Assembly (NCBI GenBank): GCA_934130235.1
Contig: CAKOXU010000001.1
Location: 8,794-72,793, forward strand
Direction of reading: 5' to 3'
Length of the DNA stretch: 64,000 nucleotides
From: an uncultured Bacilli bacterium
GTDB taxonomy: Bacteria > Bacillota_I > Bacilli_A > RF39 > UBA660
Each line of letters starts with the position of its first letter. Position 1 is the first letter of the stretch. Under the pieces are notes generated by a model. The model was not told where the DNA came from. It saw only the letters and a list, made by a program, of their open reading frames with translations, and did not search any database. The position numbers and the translations under genes were made by a program. Below, piece after piece: positions 60,459 to 64,000 of this stretch.

Positions 60459-62117
60459 CTATTCATATATAATACTATTTGAAAATAAATTATCTATTTC
60501 ATTATTTTTTTCTTCTATTATATTATTTTTTCTATTTTTATAATTTACATTTTCTTCAATATACTTATATTTTTTTGTATTTGTTTTTATACTATTATTA
60601 AAATCTTGTTTTAAAATATTCCATTCATTCATCGTGGTTGCGATTGGTTTATATTCAATATTATATATTTTTTTAAATATTTTTTCTATTTGTTCTATAG
60701 AAGTATTAAAGTATTTTTCTAATTCTTCTGATTTATACACAAATATTAGATTATCATTTCCTTTAGCTTTTAATTCACCATCAAGTATTAAAGATATAAA
60801 TGAACTAAACTCTGGATCCATTAATAATATTTCTATTTCTGATAATTTATTTTTAAACTCTAACAAATCCTTTTTATTAAAATTAGCCAATGTATTATTA
60901 ATTCTAATTTGTTTTAATTCTGAAATTATATTTTTTTCTTCTTCTGTTTGTTTTATTTCAATTACTTTTTTTGGGGAATCAACATTCACCGCCTCTTTTT
61001 TTATTGGCTCTTTATTTATTTTTAATTCTTTTGTTTTATTATCTTTTAATAGTTCAAAAGTTTTAATAACACTCAATTCAAAAATTAATTTAACATTATT
61101 TGTTGTTTTAATACTTTTTAATGCATCGAGAAATATATTTATTATTTGATAAATTTTATTTTCTTGTATCGTTTTACATGTGTTAGCATAATTTTGTTTT
61201 TGTTCATTATCTTTAAAATAATCATTACAATTCATATATATTAAGACGTTTTTTAAATATTCTATTATCTGACTTATTATTTTAGCTAAATTTTTTCCTT
61301 GTGTATCATAATAATTAATTTTGTTATAGATTTCAATTAATTCATCTGTAAATAATTTATTTATAAACTCAGACACCTCATTTTCAGTTATTGTGCCATA
61401 TATATCATGAACATCAGTAGGTGTTATAACATTCTGAGTATACGATGTTAATTGATCTAAAAGGCTTAATGCATCTCTCATACCGCCATCTGAAAACGTA
61501 GCTATTAAGTCAAGAGCAGAAGATTCTATATTAATATTTTCTTTTTCACATATATATTTTAATCTATTTTTTATATCATTAAATGATATTTTTTTAAAAT
61601 CAAATCTCTGGCAACGTGATAATATTGTTTGAGGTATTTTATGAACTTCTGTGGTTGCTAATATAAAAATTACATGCGCCGGTGGTTCTTCCAATGTTTT
61701 TAATAAAGCATTAAATGCTGATGTTGTTAACATATGCACTTCATCTATTATATAAACTTTATACTTACCATATGAAGGCACAAGATTTACTTTATTTCTT
61801 AGTTCTCTAATTTCTTCTACACCATTATTTGAAGCGGCATCTATTTCAATTGTATCAGTGTTTTGTTTTATATTAGTTTGTGTACAACATACACATTTAT
61901 CACAAGGTAATATTCCCTCTCTGTTTTGACAATTAATTGTTTTTGCTATTATTTTTGCAATACTTGTCTTTCCTGTACCTCGTGGGCCTGAAAAAATATA
62001 AGCATGACTAATCTTATTATTTAGAATACTATTTTCTAAAGTTTTGACTATTACTTGTTGGCCAACTACATCTTCAAACGTAATTGGTCTATATTTTCTG
62101 TACAATGCCTGATACAT
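60459..62117 (-). CDS. dnaX: DNA polymerase III tau/gamma subunit DnaX
   Basis: GPRGTGKTS and a zinc module CDKCVCC. Confidence 0.95.
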   Translation of the reverse strand: MYQALYRKYRPITFEDVVGQQVIVKTLENSILNNKISHAYIFSGPRGTGKTSIAKIIAKTINCQNREGILPCDKCVCCTQTNIKQNTDTIEIDAASNNGVEEIRELRNKVNLVPSYGKYKVYIIDEVHMLTTSAFNALLKTLEEPPAHVIFILATTEVHKIPQTILSRCQRFDFKKISFNDIKNRLKYICEKENINIESSALDLIATFSDGGMRDALSLLDQLTSYTQNVITPTDVHDIYGTITENEVSEFINKLFTDELIEIYNKINYYDTQGKNLAKIISQIIEYLKNVLIYMNCNDYFKDNEQKQNYANTCKTIQENKIYQIINIFLDALKSIKTTNNVKLIFELSVIKTFELLKDNKTKELKINKEPIKKEAVNVDSPKKVIEIKQTEEEKNIISELKQIRINNTLANFNKKDLLEFKNKLSEIEILLMDPEFSSFISLILDGELKAKGNDNLIFVYKSEELEKYFNTSIEQIEKIFKKIYNIEYKPIATTMNEWNILKQDFNNSIKTNTKKYKYIEENVNYKNRKNNIIEEKNNEIDNLFSNSIIYE

Positions 62118-62168
62118 AATTCACCTCTATATAATATTATACACTTTAAAGTATAAAAAAAAAAGATG

Positions 62169-62654
62169 CTATCTAATTTTTTTAAAAAATGATTTTATTA
62201 ATTTTTTGCATTCTTTTTCATTTATTTTTTGCACAATTTTTATATTATTAAGATGATTTAAATAACCATTTTTTATATTTTCTGTACCATAAACTATTTT
62301 TTTTATTCTAGCTTCTTTAATTGCACCGGAACACATCATACATGGTTCCATTGTGACATATAATGTACAATCATCTAATCTCCAATTTTTTCTTTTTTTA
62401 CACGCTTTATTTATACATAAGATTTCTGCGTGACTAAGACAATTTTTATTTTTTTCTTTTTTATTATGTGCTTTTGATATTATTTTATTTTTGTATGTTA
62501 TCACGCATCCTACTGGTATTTCATTTTTATAATATGCTTTTTTTGCCTCTTTTAATGCGATTTGCATATATTTTTTATCTAATGTTTCACGTGAAACATC
62601 GTTTATTTGATTTTTTTTATATGTTTCACGTGAAACATTATCTGTTTTTTTCAT
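62169..62654 (-). CDS. tadA: tRNA-specific adenosine deaminase TadA, possibly with an N-terminal extension; alternative start at 62567
   Basis: HAEILCI...MEPCMMCSGAI zinc motif. The ATG at 62654 has a perfect GGAGG RBS. The conserved core begins at MQIALKEAKKA (62567), which has no RBS. The 29 extra residues contain NVSRET and DVSRET, which are translations of two palindromic repeat copies. Confidence 0.8.
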   Translation of the reverse strand: MKKTDNVSRETYKKNQINDVSRETLDKKYMQIALKEAKKAYYKNEIPVGCVITYKNKIISKAHNKKEKNKNCLSHAEILCINKACKKRKNWRLDDCTLYVTMEPCMMCSGAIKEARIKKIVYGTENIKNGYLNHLNNIKIVQKINEKECKKLIKSFFKKIR

Positions 62655-62884
62655 ATATCCTCCTATGTTTCACGTGTAACATTACTTTTTATTATTCAGC
62701 TCTATGTTTCACGTGTAACATTATCTGTTTTTTATATTATATAAAAAAGCACACACATTTAGAGGCTTTTAAGGCTGCTGAATTCCTTCTCTGACCTGAT
62801 TCAAACATAAATGTTGTGCAACTATACTATATAATATTTTTACTTTTTTTACAACATTAAGTAATGTTTCACGTGAAACATTAC
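62582..62884. repeat. Cluster of five copies of one perfect palindrome ATGTTTCACGTG(A/T)AACAT
   Basis: Copies at 62582-62599, 62621-62638, 62665-62682 (variant GTGTAAC), 62704-62721 (variant GTGTAAC) and 62864-62881 (24-bp perfect palindrome 62861-62884). Spacings are 39, 44 and 39 bp. Copies 2 and 4 are each followed by TATCTGTTTTTT. Confidence 0.9.
62743..62822 (-). ncRNA. ffs: Small (4.5S-type, ~80 nt) SRP RNA
   Basis: Minus strand AUCAGGUCAGAGAAGGAAUUCAGCAGCC matches E. coli domain IV CCAGGUCAGGUCCGGAAGGAAGCAGCC, with compensatory UCC/GGA to GAA/UUC changes around the GGAA tetraloop. A closing helix GCACAACAUUUA / UAAAUGUGUGUGC is followed by U6. Candidate promoter TTGTAA, N17, TATAGT upstream. 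The ends are approximate. Confidence 0.7.
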
Positions 62885-62911
62885 TTAGATTATTATAATA
62901 AAAGAAGAAAC

Positions 62912-64000
62912 TTATTTAGTTTCTTCTTCTGATAAATCTTTTTGCTCATCTATAATTGAATCTACAACAGTAACAGTACTTACTATTTGATTATCTTTTA
63001 AATTAATTAAACGAACACCTTGTGCTACACGTCCTGTTGTTGAAATTTGTAATACTGGCATTCTAATTGTAATTCCATTATTTGTCATTATTAATACATC
63101 TGAATCATCTGTTATAGTTTTAAAAGATACAATATTTCCATTTTTTTCTGTAATATTTAAAGCTTTAACACCTTTACTACCTCTATGAGTTAATCTATAT
63201 TCAGAAATGTTTGTTTTTTTACCATAACCTCGTTCAGTAACTACAAGAATTTGTGTGTTATCTGAACTAGATACTTCCATATTAACAACTTTACCGTCTC
63301 CTAATTCTATTCCTTTAACACCAGAGGCAGTTCTTCCCATAATTCGAATTTCATTTTCATTGAATCTAATCATTCTACCGTTTGAACTAGCGATTAAAAT
63401 TTCATTTTTTTCATTTGTTATTTTTGCTGAAATTAATTGGTCTTGTTCTTTTAAAGTAATAGCTATTTTTCCAGAAGTACGAATATTTTCAAATTCAGAA
63501 AGCTTTGTTCTCTTAATATTTCCATTTTGTGTACAAAGTACAATATAATTATTATAATCCTCTTCTGTTGTTTTTAACATAGTTGTTACTTTCTCTTCTT
63601 TTTCTAATGGTAATAAATTAATTATTGGTAGGCCTTTTGATTGTCTACTAAATAATGGAACCTCATATCCTTTCATTCTATATACTTTACCTTTATTTGT
63701 AAAAAACATAATATAATCATGAGTTTTCATTGATAATATACTATCAACAACATCTTCATCAGTTGTAGTCATACCCTTAATTCCTACTCCACCTCTGTTT
63801 TGAGTTTTATAAGTTTCAGATGTTAATCTCTTAATATAACCTTTATTTGTTATAGTTATAATTATATCTTCTACTGGTATCAATGATTCATCATCTATAT
63901 AATCTACGGCTGTCATATCAATAGTAGTTCTTCTATCATCTGCATACTTTTTCTTTATTTCTAATAACTCATTTTTAATTATTTCTAATACTTTTTCTTC
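62912..64000 (-). CDS. gyrA: DNA gyrase subunit A, C-terminal beta-pinwheel domain; the gene continues beyond the window edge
   Basis: Repeated blades with GVKGI-like motifs and an acidic tail. The upstream frame continues to 64000 as ...EEKVLEIIKNELLEIKKKYADDRRTTID. Confidence 0.95.
   Translation of the reverse strand, partial: EEKVLEIIKNELLEIKKKYADDRRTTIDMTAVDYIDDESLIPVEDIIITITNKGYIKRLTSETYKTQNRGGVGIKGMTTTDEDVVDSILSMKTHDYIMFFTNKGKVYRMKGYEVPLFSRQSKGLPIINLLPLEKEEKVTTMLKTTEEDYNNYIVLCTQNGNIKRTKLSEFENIRTSGKIAITLKEQDQLISAKITNEKNEILIASSNGRMIRFNENEIRIMGRTASGVKGIELGDGKVVNMEVSSSDNTQILVVTERGYGKKTNISEYRLTHRGSKGVKALNITEKNGNIVSFKTITDDSDVLIMTNNGITIRMPVLQISTTGRVAQGVRLINLKDNQIVSTVTVVDSIIDEQKDLSEEETK

Noticed and set aside
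62118-62168. tadA-dnaX intergenic region, where Bacillus ffs normally sits
   Set aside because: It is only 51 nt and AT-rich with no SRP domain-IV motif. ffs was found upstream of tadA instead.
62468-62794. 108-aa plus-strand ORF spanning the palindrome cluster
   Set aside because: It is antisense to tadA and ffs, and its Phe/Leu/Cys-rich translation is produced by reading the palindromes. There is no RBS.
62582-62884. Palindromes read as TnrA/GlnR (TGTNA-N7-TNACA), Rex or CRP/FNR boxes
   Set aside because: Spacing is 16 not 17 bp, and the key positions do not match: T instead of A at position 5, and the TTCAC/GTGAA halves are oriented opposite to Rex/CRP. The array periodicity (palindrome ~18 bp, spacer ~21 bp) is too short for a CRISPR, and no cas genes are present.

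Overview
Sequence-only reading; no database searches were run. The window is about 25-28% GC and uses the standard genetic code. It comes from a low-GC endospore-forming Firmicute with a very compact genome. Roughly 17-64 kb is housekeeping and sporulation sequence. It keeps Bacillus subtilis origin-proximal gene order in strongly compressed form, on the minus strand: gyrA, ffs, tadA, dnaX, ybaB, recR, a bofA-like gene, holB, yaaT/ricT, yabB, rsmI, pth, mfd, spoVT, dut, metG, tatD, yabE, ksgA, whiA, a DHH gene, rplI, dnaB, walJ, rlmH, tilS and ftsH. It also holds a spoIID / spoIIQ-like / spoIIID / mbl cluster, spoVB-like, femAB, cotJ, phosphoketolase and a lone tRNA-His. Roughly 0-16 kb looks accessory. 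It carries a partial chagasin-like peptidase-inhibitor gene, a Cys-rich tandem-repeat surface protein, an amidase with three LysM repeats, an hsp20 gene behind a perfect CIRCE operator, an Abi_2 abortive-infection gene, a Ca2+ P-type ATPase operon, a compact UvrD-like helicase, a divergent ClpX-like AAA+ unfoldase with a novel N-domain and a small acidic partner ORF, and a sortase operon with no recognisable substrate. The most unusual non-coding feature is a 300-bp cluster of five copies of one 18-24 bp perfect palindrome (ATGTTTCACGTG[A/T]AACAT). The copies bracket a minimal (~80 nt) SRP RNA and run into the tadA leader and 5' coding region. Further regulatory calls are a probable Met-specific T-box leader ahead of dut-metG, a degenerate CIRCE at the clpB promoter and several Rho-independent terminators.
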